Shown here piece by piece: positions 1-11,100 of a DNA stretch of 64,000 bases. The DNA is from Clostridiales bacterium (GTDB taxonomy: Bacteria; Bacillota; Clostridia; Christensenellales; Aristaeellaceae). The translations under genes were made by a program, and so were the position numbers. The DNA is taken from NCBI GenBank assembly GCA_015056325.1, contig SVGL01000003.1, forward strand, positions 82,927 through 146,926. Reading direction: 5' to 3'. Position 1 is the first letter of the stretch; each line of letters opens with the position of its first letter. The notes beneath the pieces were generated by a model. It did no database searches, had not been told where the DNA came from, and saw nothing but the letters and a program-made list of their open reading frames with translations.

Positions 1-18
1 AAAGGAGTGACTTCCCTT

Positions 19-3000
19 ATGTTAGAGCTCAAAGGCATCAAGAAGGATTACCCGGCGGGCGACGGCATCGTCCATGCGCTCAAGGGCATTGACCTCCAGT
101 TCCGCAAGAGCGAGTTTGTGTCCATCCTCGGCCCCTCCGGCTGCGGCAAGACCACCATGCTCAACATCATCGGCGGCCTGGATCAGTATACCGAGGGTGA
201 CCTGGTGATCAACGGCACCTCCACCAAGCATTACAAGGATCGTGACTGGGACGCTTACCGCAACCATTCCATCGGCTTCGTGTTCCAGAGCTACAACCTG
301 ATTCCCCACCAGTCCGTGCTACAGAACGTTGAAATCGCCCTGACTCTTTCCGGCGTCAGCAAGGCAGAGCGCCGCAAGCGCGCCATCAAGGTGCTGCAGG
401 ATGTGGGCCTGGGAAATCAGCTGCGCAAGAAGCCTGCCCAGATGTCCGGCGGCCAGATGCAGCGCGTGGCCATCGCCCGTGCGCTGGTGAACAACCCCGA
501 CATCATCCTGGCGGACGAACCCACCGGCGCCCTGGACACCGAGACCAGCGTGCAGGTCATGGACATCCTCAAGGAGATCGCCAAGGATCGCCTGGTCATC
601 ATGGTCACCCACAACCCGGATATTGCGGAGAAGTACTCCACCCGCATCATCCGCATGCTGGACGGCGAGATCACCAGCGACTCCAAGCCTCTGACCGCCG
701 ATGAGCTGGAGGGGCTGGAAAAGCAGGCCCGCGACGCCCGCGTGGCCCGCAAAAGCGGCAAGGTGAAGAAGGAGCGCAAGCCCTCCATGTCCTGGGCGAC
801 GTCCTTTGGCTTGTCGCTCAAGAACCTGATCAGCAAGAAGTCCCGGACGCTGCTGACCTCCTTTGCCGGCTCCATCGGCATCATCGGCATCGCGCTGATC
901 TTCGCCGTGTCCAACGGCATGACCACCTACATCAACACCGTGCAGGAGGATACCCTGTCCTCCTACCCGCTGACGCTGCAGGCAAGCGACATGAACATGG
1001 GCTCTCTTCTGGCGACCTTCATTGGCAACGCCCTGTCCGGCGAGCCCCATGAGAACGACGCGGTCTACGAAAAGACCATGATCTATGATCTGGTCAATGC
1101 CCTGGGCGCGATGGAGGAGACCACCAACGACCTTAAATCCTTCAAGGTGCATCTGGATCAGATGGTGGCCGATCCGGAGAGTGAAATGCACGATGCCATC
1201 AACGGCGTGCAGTACACCTACCAGCTGCCTCTGACCGTCTACACCCAGAACGTGGACGGCGACATCATCCAGGCGGACTCCCAGGTGCTGATGCAGGAGC
1301 TGATGCTGGAATTCATGGGCATGGACCTCTCCGCCATGATGGACATCTCTGCCACCTACGGCATGGATCCTTCCAGCATGTCCATGATGCCCGGCAGCAT
1401 GAGCTCGTCCGTTGTGCTGTGGCAGGAGATGCTCACCGGCAAGAACGGCGAGATCATCAACCCCCTGCTGCTCAAGCAGTACGATCTGATCTACGGCTCC
1501 TGGCCCAACGACTACAACGAAGTGGTCGTGGTGGTGGACGAGAAGAACGAGATCGCCGACATGACCCTGTACGCCATGGGCCTCAAGCCCAAGAGCGAGA
1601 TCGAGGCGCTGGCCAATGCCGCCTTTGAGCAGAGCGGCGTGGAGGTCTCCGATGAGCGCTGGACGTACCAGGATATCTGCGGCCTGACCTTCCGCGTGGT
1701 GCTGCCTTCCAGCTGCTACGCGCAGGACGAGGTGACCGGCGCCTGGACCGATCTTCGGGAGACCCAGGCCGGATTGCGCTACCTGTACGACAACGGCCTT
1801 GACCTTAAGGTGGTGGGCATCATCCGCCCCAACGAGGAGGCCGTCTCCGGCATGCTCGGCGGCACCATCTGCTACACCGCTGGCCTGACCGAGCATCTCA
1901 TCGACGAAGCCGCTGAGGCCCCGGCTGTGCAGGCCCAGCAGGCCGATCCTGCTACGGACATCTTCACCGGTCTGCCCTTCCGGGAGACTACCGGCGCGAT
2001 GACCGAAGAGGAAAAGGCTGCCGAGTTTGCTGCCTACATCGCTACCCTCCCCGATGAGGAGAAGGCCGCCGCCTATGTGGAGATCATGTCCATCCCCACC
2101 CAGGAGCAGATCGACCAGATTGTCCAGCAGCAGCTGGGCATGATGACCCGCGCGGACATTGAAGCCGCGATGCTCCAGGCGGTGGAAGGCCAGATCAACG
2201 TCAGCGCCGAGGACATGCTGAAGTATGTCTCTGCCATGAGCGATGAAGACCTCTTCGCCCTGGTGGCCCAGATGATGGGCGAGCAGGTGGCGGTGCAGTA
2301 CGCCGAGCAGGTCAAGGCGCAGATGTCCGCGATGGACACTGCCACCCTGGTCATGGGCATGAACGTGTCCATGCCTGCCACCACGCCAGAGCAGGTGTCC
2401 GCGAAGGCTGCCATGTACGCCGCCTCCGCCGCAAATATCCCCCAGGAGCAGCTCGACATGCTCACCCGGCAGGCCCTTGCCGCCATGACCCGTGAGCAGC
2501 TGGAGGGCATGATCCTCCCCGCGATGGCAGCCCAGATGGGCATCCCGGCGGAAATGGCTGCGCCCATGCTGGCCGGCATGACCGACGAGCAGCTGCGGGA
2601 GCAGATCGCTCCTGCGGTTCAGGAGCAGATCAAGGCCGAGGCTGCCGCCAAGGTTGCTGCCATGTCCGAAGAGGAGATGTGCGCCGCCCTGGAGGCTATG
2701 CAGCCCCCCTTCACCACCGCTCAGATGGCCATGTACCACGATGCGGTGCTGCACTTCTCCGAGTCCACCTACGAGGACAACCTGATCGCCCTGGGCTGCG
2801 TCAGCCTCGATAGCCCGGCGACCATCAATATCTACGCCTCCTCCTTTGAGGACAAGGATCTGATTGAGGCGGAGATCAACGCCTACAATGCCTCCGTGGA
2901 TGAGCTACATCAGATCCGCTACACCGACTATGTGGGCCTGATGATGTCCTCTGTGACCTCCATCATCAACGCCATCACCTATGTGCTGATCGCATTCGTG

Positions 3001-3378
3001 GCCATCTCGCTGGTGGTGTCCTCCATCATGATCGGCGTCATCACCCTGATTTCCGTGCAGGAGCGCACCAAGGAGATCGGCATCCTGCGTGCCATCGGCG
3101 CCTCCAAGCGGAATGTGTCCAGCATGTTCAACGCCGAGACCATCATCATCGGCTTTGCGTCGGGCCTGATCGGCGTGGGCATGACTTGGATCTTGTGCAT
3201 CCCGATCAACGCCATCATCTTCCACCTGACCAACATTGCGGGCCTGGAGGCCTTCCTGCCCTGGGAGGTTGCGGCCATCCTGGTGGGTATCAGCGTGGTG
3301 CTGACCTCCTTCGCCGGCGTGATCCCTGCCAAGTCCGCCGCCAAGAAGGACCCCGTCGTCGCCCTTAGAACGGAATAA
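19..3378 (+). CDS. Fused ABC transporter ATPase + FtsX/MacB-type permease with a very large extracytoplasmic domain
   Basis: Track ORF 7..3378. The first ~230 aa carry Walker [10 protein letters not shown], signature [15 protein letters not shown] and Walker [12 protein letters not shown] helix lies near aa 285-305, followed by a ~700-aa non-membrane stretch and then 3 C-terminal TM helices (FtsX topology). AAGGAG at 2-7 favours the ATG at 19 over the GTG at 7. Confidence 0.88.
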   Translation: MLELKGIKKDYPAGDGIVHALKGIDLQFRKSEFVSILGPSGCGKTTMLNIIGGLDQYTEGDLVINGTSTKHYKDRDWDAYRNHSIGFVFQSYNLIPHQSVLQNVEIALTLSGVSKAERRKRAIKVLQDVGLGNQLRKKPAQMSGGQMQRVAIARALVNNPDIILADEPTGALDTETSVQVMDILKEIAKDRLVIMVTHNPDIAEKYSTRIIRMLDGEITSDSKPLTADELEGLEKQARDARVARKSGKVKKERKPSMSWATSFGLSLKNLISKKSRTLLTSFAGSIGIIGIALIFAVSNGMTTYINTVQEDTLSSYPLTLQASDMNMGSLLATFIGNALSGEPHENDAVYEKTMIYDLVNALGAMEETTNDLKSFKVHLDQMVADPESEMHDAINGVQYTYQLPLTVYTQNVDGDIIQADSQVLMQELMLEFMGMDLSAMMDISATYGMDPSSMSMMPGSMSSSVVLWQEMLTGKNGEIINPLLLKQYDLIYGSWPNDYNEVVVVVDEKNEIADMTLYAMGLKPKSEIEALANAAFEQSGVEVSDERWTYQDICGLTFRVVLPSSCYAQDEVTGAWTDLRETQAGLRYLYDNGLDLKVVGIIRPNEEAVSGMLGGTICYTAGLTEHLIDEAAEAPAVQAQQADPATDIFTGLPFRETTGAMTEEEKAAEFAAYIATLPDEEKAAAYVEIMSIPTQEQIDQIVQQQLGMMTRADIEAAMLQAVEGQINVSAEDMLKYVSAMSDEDLFALVAQMMGEQVAVQYAEQVKAQMSAMDTATLVMGMNVSMPATTPEQVSAKAAMYAASAANIPQEQLDMLTRQALAAMTREQLEGMILPAMAAQMGIPAEMAAPMLAGMTDEQLREQIAPAVQEQIKAEAAAKVAAMSEEEMCAALEAMQPPFTTAQMAMYHDAVLHFSESTYEDNLIALGCVSLDSPATINIYASSFEDKDLIEAEINAYNASVDELHQIRYTDYVGLMMSSVTSIINAITYVLIAFVAISLVVSSIMIGVITLISVQERTKEIGILRAIGASKRNVSSMFNAETIIIGFASGLIGVGMTWILCIPINAIIFHLTNIAGLEAFLPWEVAAILVGISVVLTSFAGVIPAKSAAKKDPVVALRTE

Positions 3379-3391
3379 ACGCCAACTTAAA

Positions 3392-3427
3392 GCGGCTCTC
3401 CCATTCGGGAGAGCCGCATCTTTGTTT
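3392..3427. terminator. Bidirectional rho-independent terminator between convergent genes
   Basis: GCGGCTCTCCC-attc-GGGAGAGCCGC perfect 11-bp stem, with A-rich sequence upstream and a T-rich tail downstream. Confidence 0.65.
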
Positions 3428-5843
3428 AGTGGAGCTGGCGCATGATCTCGTACAGGTGCGCGCCCAGGTTGGGGTACAAATCGGGGCGGCCGTTGAGGGG
3501 CCGCAGCTGCTCCGGCGGGAGCTTCACGGCGTCCTCCACGCACTTGAGCAGCATGGTCTTGGCGTCCTGCTCCATCTGCGCGCGGGTCAGGCAGTCGATG
3601 ACGCGGTCGCGCCAGTCGCGGTTGTCATGGATGAGGCCTTCTGCGTGGGTGACGGAGATCTCCACGGCATCGGCAGGGGAGATGGCCTCCAGGGTGACGA
3701 CGTAGGTGTTGCGTTCCGGGGTGTAGGCGGCGTTCACGGTTTCGCCGTTGACGGCGAAGTGGCAGCCCTTGCGCCAGCCGCGGAAGGCCACCGTCCAGCG
3801 GTGCTTCTCGGGCACAAGAGAGGTGTCGCCCTCCACGGGATGGATGGTGAAGGTGGCGGCCTTGTCCGCCCAGTCGAGGGACAGGGGCGTCTCGGCGTAT
3901 TTGCCCTGCTGGAAGTCCAGGGACACGCCGTCGTCCTCATACAGGCGGAAGGCGTTCGATGCGCCGGGAGCCACCACGACGTGCATGTTCTCCGCGCGGC
4001 CCAGCGCATTGCCCTGCAACTGGTGCGCCTGCAGGGGCAGGATGGCGCCGGCCTTGAGGAAGAGGGGCATCTCCTCCAGGCGGCGGGCGACGGTCAGACG
4101 CTGGTTACCCTTGTAGATGAAGCCGGTCATGGCGTCCGTCCACACGCCCTCGGGCAGCCAGACGTCCGCCGCTGCCAGGCCGGTAGCGTCCGCCGGGGCG
4201 GTGATGGGAGCTGCGATCATTTCGCTGCCGAACCAGTACTCGTTGCCCACCTGGTAGGCGTCCGTGCACTCGGGGTTCAGGTGGTACATGGGGCGCATCA
4301 GGGGCAGCAGCTCCGTGTGAGCGCGGCGGTTCATGGTGTACAGGTAGGGGAAAAGCTGGTGGCGCAGCCGCATGAAGCGGCTGATAACGGCCTCGGCACG
4401 GGGGTTGTAGGTCCAGGGCTCGCGGCTGGCGAAGAGGCTGTTGGTGGAGTGCAGCCGGAAAATGGGGGAGAACACGCCGAACTGCACCCAACGGGCGGTC
4501 AGCTCGTCATCCCGGAATCCGCCCATGTGGCCTCCGATGTCGTGGCTCCACCAGCCGTAGCCCACGTTGGAGGCCGTGGCGGTGAAGCAGGGCTGGAACG
4601 CCAAAGATGCCCAGGTGGTGGTGGAGTCCCCGGAGAAGCCGATGGGATAGCGCTGGCTGCCGTAGCCGGCAAAACGGGAGAAGATCATGCCGCGGCCTCC
4701 CTCGCGCCGGGAGGCCAGGGAATGCATGTGGTTGACCATCCACAACGGCTTGATGGACTCGATGGCGGAGGGCACATAGTCTGCGCCGGCGATGCTCTTG
4801 TAATCGCTGCCCTGCTGCCAGTCCATCCACCAGAAATCGACGCCGTCCTTTTCGTAGGGGAAGTGCAGCACCTCAAAGTAAGCCTTGAGGAAGTCGGGAT
4901 TCAGGCAGTTGAAGGGGATCTTCTTTTTTGTCGCGGGATCCTTGCCCAGAGCGGCGCACATGGCCTCGTACTGGTCATCCCAGTGGCGCACGCCGTCGCG
5001 GGGGTGGAGGTTGAGGGCGGTTTTGAGGCCGCGGTCGTGCAATCCACGCAGGAAGGCGCGGTAATCAGGGAAGAGCTCCCTGTTCCAGGTGTAGCCGGTC
5101 CAGCCGTCGCCGTTTTCCTTGTCGCCGACGCTAACCAGATGCCAGTCCATGTCCACGATGCCCACGGACAGCGGCACGTCGTGGGCGCGGAAGGCGTCCA
5201 TCAGGCCCAGGTACTCTTCGTCCGTGTAGGCGTGGTAGCGGCTCCACCAGTTGCCCAGGGCATAGGCGGGCAGCATGCCCGGCGCGCCGGTCAGCTTCTG
5301 ATAATCCTGCACGGCGGCGGTGTAGTCGTGGCCATAGCCGAAGAAGTACACGTCCGTGCACTTCTCCCGCCCAGCGAACCAGCCGTCCGCCGTCATGCGG
5401 ACAGACTGGCTGTCATCCAGAACCGCGTAGCCGTCGATGGAGCAGAGGCCGTCCTCCAGGGGGCAGGCGCCGTCCACGCAGTCCAGGGTGGAGGTGGTGC
5501 CGCCCAGGTTCTGTAGGGGCTTCTGGCCGTAACACCATTTGAAGGCAGGATGATAATTCGCGGAAATGGTCAGCGTCTCCAGGGGGCAACCGGCCTTGTA
5601 GTGCAGGTTGAGGTAGCCAGTGGAGATGAAAAGCTGCTCCTTGGCCTGCTGGATGATGCATTCCGTGGGATAGAAATCGCGGCAGATCACGACCTGGGTG
5701 GCCTCATCGGTGAAGGCGCCCTGCTCAATGCGGATCAGCCGGGGGGTAATGACGGTGATGCGCACATCGCCGATGGTGACGACATTTTTCGCGTTGGGGG
5801 AGGCATTCACCCGCATGCGCAGATATTCAGGAAGGTTGGACAT
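3426..5843 (-). CDS. Glycoside hydrolase family 31 (alpha-glucosidase/alpha-xylosidase-type)
   Basis: Track ORF 3426..6056 trimmed to MSNLPEYL, which is preceded by GAAGGAG. GH31-type motifs are GVDFWWMDWQQG and GYGSQRYPIGFSGD. Confidence 0.85.
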   Translation of the reverse strand: MSNLPEYLRMRVNASPNAKNVVTIGDVRITVITPRLIRIEQGAFTDEATQVVICRDFYPTECIIQQAKEQLFISTGYLNLHYKAGCPLETLTISANYHPAFKWCYGQKPLQNLGGTTSTLDCVDGACPLEDGLCSIDGYAVLDDSQSVRMTADGWFAGREKCTDVYFFGYGHDYTAAVQDYQKLTGAPGMLPAYALGNWWSRYHAYTDEEYLGLMDAFRAHDVPLSVGIVDMDWHLVSVGDKENGDGWTGYTWNRELFPDYRAFLRGLHDRGLKTALNLHPRDGVRHWDDQYEAMCAALGKDPATKKKIPFNCLNPDFLKAYFEVLHFPYEKDGVDFWWMDWQQGSDYKSIAGADYVPSAIESIKPLWMVNHMHSLASRREGGRGMIFSRFAGYGSQRYPIGFSGDSTTTWASLAFQPCFTATASNVGYGWWSHDIGGHMGGFRDDELTARWVQFGVFSPIFRLHSTNSLFASREPWTYNPRAEAVISRFMRLRHQLFPYLYTMNRRAHTELLPLMRPMYHLNPECTDAYQVGNEYWFGSEMIAAPITAPADATGLAAADVWLPEGVWTDAMTGFIYKGNQRLTVARRLEEMPLFLKAGAILPLQAHQLQGNALGRAENMHVVVAPGASNAFRLYEDDGVSLDFQQGKYAETPLSLDWADKAATFTIHPVEGDTSLVPEKHRWTVAFRGWRKGCHFAVNGETVNAAYTPERNTYVVTLEAISPADAVEISVTHAEGLIHDNRDWRDRVIDCLTRAQMEQDAKTMLLKCVEDAVKLPPEQLRPLNGRPDLYPNLGAHLYEIMRQLH

Positions 5844-5886
5844 ATGTTCAGCTCCTTCGTTTGTGATGAACGTTGGGTTTGGCTGC

Positions 5887-5897
5887 ATTATAGCACA
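5887..5897 (-). promoter_or_regulatory. Candidate extended -10 promoter for the GH31 gene
   Basis: The minus strand reads TGTGCTATAAT (TGnTATAAT) about 40 nt upstream of the ATG at 5843. The -35 is weak. Confidence 0.4.
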
Positions 5898-5981
5898 AGC
5901 ACGGGATGAAAACCAGCCCCAAAAGAAAAAGGGCCTCCTTGCGGAAGCCCAATTACTTCTCCAATACCGGACAACGCTGTT

Positions 5982-6113
5982 GCCCGCGCGAGGGTCTTCG
6001 ACCCGCTTAATGCGCGGAATGACAACTTTGCTACCCGACCCAAGCTGCACGCGCATGTACTCAAACCGAAGGAGCGCAACTCAATCGCGAGTTGGGTGCA
6101 GCGTCACGCTGCC
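5982..6113 (-). repeat. Family-1 structured repeat, copy D (GCAGCG-TGA-CGCTGC proximal hairpin; nested GGGTC hairpin in the distal loop)
   Basis: Hairpin 6098-6112 lies 1 nt after the gdhA stop (6114-6116). The CGCGATTGAGTTGCGCTCCTTCGG core and the distal CCGCGC...GCGCGG stem align by eye with copies A, B and E. Confidence 0.7.
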
Positions 6114-7460
6114 TTAGACAGCGCCCTGGGCGAGCATGGCGTCGGCAACCTTAAGGAAGCCGGCAATGTTCGCACCGGCGATCAGATCGCCCTCCATGCC
6201 ATAGTCCTTGGCAGCCTTGTAGGACTCCTCGTAGATGCCCTTCATGATCTGCTGCAGCTTGGCGTCGACTTCCTCGGCGGTCCAGCTGTAGTGCATGGCG
6301 TTCTGACTCATTTCCAGGCCGGAGACGGCAACGCCGCCCGCGTTGACAGCCTTGGAGGGCGCAACGACCACACCGTGCTCCTTGAAATACTCCACTGCAT
6401 CCAGGGTGGTGGGCATGTTGGAGACCTCAACGTAGTACTTGGTGCCGTTGGCAACGATGGCCTTGGCGTCCTCCAGTGCGACCTCGTTCTGGGTCGCGCA
6501 GGGCATGGCGATGTCCACCTTGACTTCCCAGGGCTTCTTGCCGGGGAAGAAGGGCACGCCGAACTTGTCAGCATAGTCCTGCACCTTGTCGCGGCAGGAG
6601 GCGCGCATCTCCAGCAGGTAGGCGATCTTCTCGGGGGTGTTGATGCCGTCCTCGTCGTAGATGTAGCCGTCGGGGCCGGAAAGGGTGACGACCTTGCCGC
6701 CCAGCTCGGTCACCTTCAGGCAGGTACCCCAGGCCACATTGCCGAAGCCAGACACAGCAAAGGTCTTGCCCTTGATATCCTCGCCGAAGGACTTGAGCAT
6801 CTCAACGGTGTAGTACACCGCGCCAAAGCCCGTGGCCTCGGGGCGGATCAGGGAGCCGCCGAAGGTACGGCCCTTGCCGGTGAGAACGCCGGTAAACTCA
6901 TTCTGCAGACGCTTGTACTGGCCGAAGAAGTAGCCGACCTCGCGGGCGCCAACGCCGATGTCGCCGGCGGGCACGTCGGTATCAGCGCCGATGTACTTGG
7001 CCAGCTCAGTCATGTAGCTCTGGCAGAAGCGCATGACTTCCATGTCGGACTTGCCCTTGGGGTCGAAGTCAGCGCCGCCCTTGCCGCCGCCCATGGGCAA
7101 TCCGGTCAGAGAGTTCTTGAGGGTTTGCTCAAAGCCCAGGAACTTCAGGATCGACTGGTTGACGCTGGGATGCAGGCGCAGGCCGCCCTTGTAGGGGCCG
7201 ATGGCGCTGTTGTACTGCACGCGGTAGCCGCGGTTGACGCGGATCACGCCCTGGTCATCGATCCACGGCACGCGGAAGGAGATGATACGCTCGGGCTCGA
7301 CGAAGCGCTCCAGCAGGCCGGCCTTCTCGTACTTCTCCTCATTGCGCTCCACAACGGGCTTGAGGTTGGTCAGGATTTCAGTAGCAGCCTGGAGGAACTC
7401 CGGCTCATGGGCATAGCGGACCTTCAGGTCTTCAAGAACACGCTCGGTATAACCAGCCAT
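6114..7460 (-). CDS. gdhA: NADP-specific glutamate dehydrogenase
   Basis: 448 aa with a canonical Glu/Leu/Phe/Val dehydrogenase N-terminus (FRVPWIDDQGVIRVNRGYRVQYNSAIGPYKGGLRLHPSV) and a GFGNV Rossmann motif. AAGGAG RBS. Confidence 0.95.
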   Translation of the reverse strand: MAGYTERVLEDLKVRYAHEPEFLQAATEILTNLKPVVERNEEKYEKAGLLERFVEPERIISFRVPWIDDQGVIRVNRGYRVQYNSAIGPYKGGLRLHPSVNQSILKFLGFEQTLKNSLTGLPMGGGKGGADFDPKGKSDMEVMRFCQSYMTELAKYIGADTDVPAGDIGVGAREVGYFFGQYKRLQNEFTGVLTGKGRTFGGSLIRPEATGFGAVYYTVEMLKSFGEDIKGKTFAVSGFGNVAWGTCLKVTELGGKVVTLSGPDGYIYDEDGINTPEKIAYLLEMRASCRDKVQDYADKFGVPFFPGKKPWEVKVDIAMPCATQNEVALEDAKAIVANGTKYYVEVSNMPTTLDAVEYFKEHGVVVAPSKAVNAGGVAVSGLEMSQNAMHYSWTAEEVDAKLQQIMKGIYEESYKAAKDYGMEGDLIAGANIAGFLKVADAMLAQGAV

Positions 7461-7672
7461 AATGGATATCTCCTTTCAGATGCAAGGCGGGTGGCCCGCC
7501 GTGGATTCATTGCAGTGAGAACATTTTACTCAGAATCTTGCAGGATTGCAATAGCTATCCTGCACTTACGATGTTTTTCTGCAGGTTTCCCTATGTATTT
7601 TTGCTGTATTTGCAGGAAAAGCGGGTGCGCTACAGGCAAATTGCCGCGGGGACTGCTCAGACGCTTTTCTGC

Positions 7673-7701
7673 TTGCACATTATGGTCAAGTGTGCTATAA
7701 T
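7673..7701 (+). promoter_or_regulatory. Sigma-70-type promoter for tRNA-Arg
   Basis: TTGCAC, 17 nt, TATAAT. The -10 ends 13 nt before the tRNA 5' end. Confidence 0.55.
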
Positions 7702-7714
7702 ACCCCATGCATCT

Positions 7715-7791
7715 GCACCCGTAGCTCAGCAGGATAGAGCGACCGCCTCCTAAGCGGTAGGCCGTGGGTTCGAATCCCGCCGGGTGTGCCA
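7715..7791 (+). tRNA. tRNA-Arg (anticodon CCT), CCA encoded
   Basis: The cloverleaf was folded by hand. Acceptor GCACCCG/CGGGTGT has one G-U pair. The D arm is GCTC/GAGC and the anticodon stem is ACCGC/GCGGT with loop CTCCTAA. The T arm is GTGGG-TTCGAAT-CCCGC, followed by discriminator G and CCA. Confidence 0.9.
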
Positions 7792-7793
7792 AC

Positions 7794-7823
7794 GCCGTGG
7801 ACGAGAAGGTCCGCGGCTTTTTT
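7794..7823 (+). terminator. Rho-independent terminator after tRNA-Arg; lies within copy 1 (7788-7822) of a 35-bp direct repeat
   Basis: GCCGTGGAC-gagaag-GTCCGCGGC followed by TTTTTT. The same 35 bp (1 mismatch) recurs at 17380-17414. Confidence 0.75.
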
Positions 7824-8152
7824 ATGCCGTCGCAGCGGTCAAGCAGCTATCAGGCGTCACCGCAATGGCAGCGCTTTTTGCTGATAAGGCTCGCGATATT
7901 TCCAGGTCTTTTAGGGAAGCCAGAAGCTTCAGGCGCGGGTTCGTATGCCGCCCGGTGCGTTGCGTGAACGTGAAAATAAAGAGAACCGAGCAAGGAAATG
8001 GCGATCCTGTGTAGAATTAGTACTTCATTGCTGGTTTGCACTGACAAGTGACAAATGTTTGACGCAAAGCACGATCAAGTAGAAGGAAAGTGCTTGCTGT
8101 GGAATGCCGCGATACGCAATTTGATAAGCAGGACGAAAGGGAGCGGATACAG

Positions 8153-11100
8153 ATGAAGAAGCTGCTGGTGGTTATCCTCGCGCTGATGATGGGATGGAGC
8201 ATGGCTTGTGCAGAGGAGCAGAATCAGGAATTGAGTGCACTGATGCAGCAGGCAGAGATGGGCGATCCCATCTATCAGTACAACCTGGGCGTGGAGTACT
8301 ATGTCGGCGGGCTGGTTGGCCAGGATTATACCCAGGCGGCAGCTTGGTTCCGTGCGTCGGCAGAGCAGGGCCACACGGAGGCGCAGTACTGGCTGGGCGA
8401 GTGCTATGAACATGGTCTTGGGCTGGCGCAGGATTACGCTCAGGCGGCCCAGTGGTATCAGCAGGCGGCAGAGCAGGGCCACACGGAGGCGCAGTTTAAA
8501 CTTGCCCAGCTTTTCTATCTCGGCAACGGCGTGCCGCAGGACGATGTGCAGGCGGCATATTGGTATGCGGCTGCGGCGGAACAGGGCGATGCTACAGCGC
8601 AGCATAACCTGGGCGTGTTCTATTTGAAGGGCATCGGTTTGAATCAGGATCCAACGCAGGCGGTGCAATGGTTCACTGCTGCGGCGGAACAGGGGTATGT
8701 CGATGCACAGATAGCGCTGGCGATGTGCTACTATCAGGGGGATGGCGCAGCGCAGGATTTTGCGCAGGCTGCTTATTGGTACCAGCGGGCTGCCGAGCAG
8801 GGCGACATGATTGCACAGTATAATACTGCAATATGCTATGCTAACGGGCGCGGTGTTGCGCAGGATGACGCTCAGGCGGCCTATTGGTATCAGCAGGCGG
8901 CGGAGCAGGGCTATGCGGAGGCACAATTCGACCTCGCGCTGTGCTGCTACAGGGGCGAAGGCGTCCCGCAGGACGATGTACAGGCCGTGTATTGGTATCG
9001 TCAGGCAGCGCAGCAGGGGCATATGAAGGCGCAGTTTGCATTGGGTATGTGCTGTATGCAGGGGCGTGGGACGGAGGAAAATGATGAGGAGGCAGTCTTC
9101 TGGTTTGCGGCTTCTGCGGAGCAGGGATATGCAGATGCACAGTATTATCTGGCGCTCTGTTATGCATATGGCAATGGCGTGTCCCAAAGCGACGAAATGG
9201 CAATATATTGGTGGACGAAGGCCGCCGAACAGGGCCATATGCAGTCCCAGGCCAATCTGGGCGCCTGGTACTCCACAGGTAAGCTTCCTGTGGAAGGGTA
9301 TAAAGGCGCAGGCGCGGCGGTGAATTATCCCGAAGCGGTCAAATGGTTCACGCTTGCGGCGGAGCAGGGGCATTTGCAGGCACAGGCGCTGCTGGCGTTC
9401 TGTTATTATGATGGAAAAGGCGTCGAAACGGATTATACAGAGGCGGTCAAATGGTTCAGACGCGGTGCGGAGCAGGGGTATATCGAGGCGCTGTATATGC
9501 TGGGGCAGTGTTATCACGAAGGAAAAGGCGTGCCCAAGGACAATGAGCAGGCTGCCTACTGGCTGCTGCGTGCAGCAGAACAGGGCGAGGCCTATGAAGC
9601 GCTGCCGGATCTGGAACGGACGGACGAGGAGGACGCCGGAGTCACAATTGTCTCCCTGTCCAAAGTGCCGACCACGCCTGCTGCCCAGAAGGAAATGGGT
9701 GACCGGTATTTCTTTGGCAAGGGTGCGGAGCAGAATTATGAAAAGGCGGTGGAAATGTATCGCATGGCAGCGGAAGCGGGCCATGTGAGGGCTGCCCATA
9801 TGCTGGGGCTTTGTTACTACTCTGGCTGGGGCGTGGAAAACGATGATGAGCTGGCGGTCAAGTGCTTCACCTATGCTGCTGAGCAGGGAGATGTAAACGC
9901 TTGGTATATGCTGGGGAAACTATACAGAACAGGTTCCGGCGTGGTGCAGGACTATGCCAAGGCCTTGAAGTGGCTGACTGCGGCAGCAGAAGAAGGGCAT
10001 CCCGATGCGCTGTACGAGCTGGGACAAATGTACAATGTTGGCAATGGCGTGGAACAGGATTACGAAAAGGCGGCAGCCTATTTCCAGGAAGCAGCGTTCA
10101 GCGCGGATCTGGAGGGAAAGTATTCCTTGGCGTTGTTCTACTATTATGGCGCCGGCATCGAAAGGGACCTCACAAAGGCAGTACAATGGATGCATTCGGT
10201 TGCCAATCAGGGCGTTGCGAAGGCGCAGTACTGCATGGGTGTATTCTATGCGTATGGTGAAGGCGTGGAGCAGGATTACGTGCAGGCCTTCGAATGGTAC
10301 AAAAAGGCTGCCGAGCAGGGAAATCCCGAGGCGATGAACAACCTCGGCGCATGCTATAGCGATGGTAAGGGCACCGAAACCGACGAAGAACAGGGATTTT
10401 TCTGGCATTTGAAGGCCGCTGAGGCAGGGCTGGATATTGCGCAGTGGAATGTCGCCCTGTGCTACGAAAATGGCGATGGCGTGGAAAGAAATCCGGAGCA
10501 AGCGCTCTACTGGTATACCCAGGCGGCGGAACAGGATTATGTGGAGGCACAGTATAAGCTGGGTGAGAGCTATCAGGAAGGCTTCTATTCGGTGTATGCA
10601 TCCGTGGGGGATATGCAGGAAAAAACGCTCATCCGCAGCGAGGGTATCGCCGAAGTGGATGACGAGAAGTCTGCCTACTGGTACGAACGGGCTGCCGAAC
10701 AGGGCCATATGGAGGCCCAGTACGAGACCGGCGTCTGCTATGACGAGGGCCGGGGCGTCGCACGGAATGCTGAACGGGCGATGTATTGGTATCAGCAGGC
10801 AGCCCAGCAGGTCCATGCGGAAGCGCAGTATCGTCTTGGCGTGATTTATTACTTTGGCGACGTCGTTGCCCAGGACACGGAACAGGCAGCTTACTGGTTT
10901 GCCCAGGCTGCCGGACAAGGCCATGAGGAATCGCAGTTCAACCTTGGCGTTCTTTATGCGAATGGTTATGGCGTGCCGCAGGATGACGTCCAGGCAGCAT
11001 ACTGGTACACCCAGGCTGCAGAGCAGGGCTATGTGCAGGCGCAATACTACCTTGGTACACGTTATGAAAACGGCAAAGGCGTTCCCCAGGATATGGAGAA

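Noticed and set aside
319-7700. Long antisense ORFs 319..2754 (-), 3429..5516 (+) and 6096..7700 (+)
   Set aside because: Each lies opposite a gene with clear family motifs (ABC/FtsX, GH31, gdhA). Their translations are low-complexity and motif-free, so they are shadow ORFs caused by high GC.
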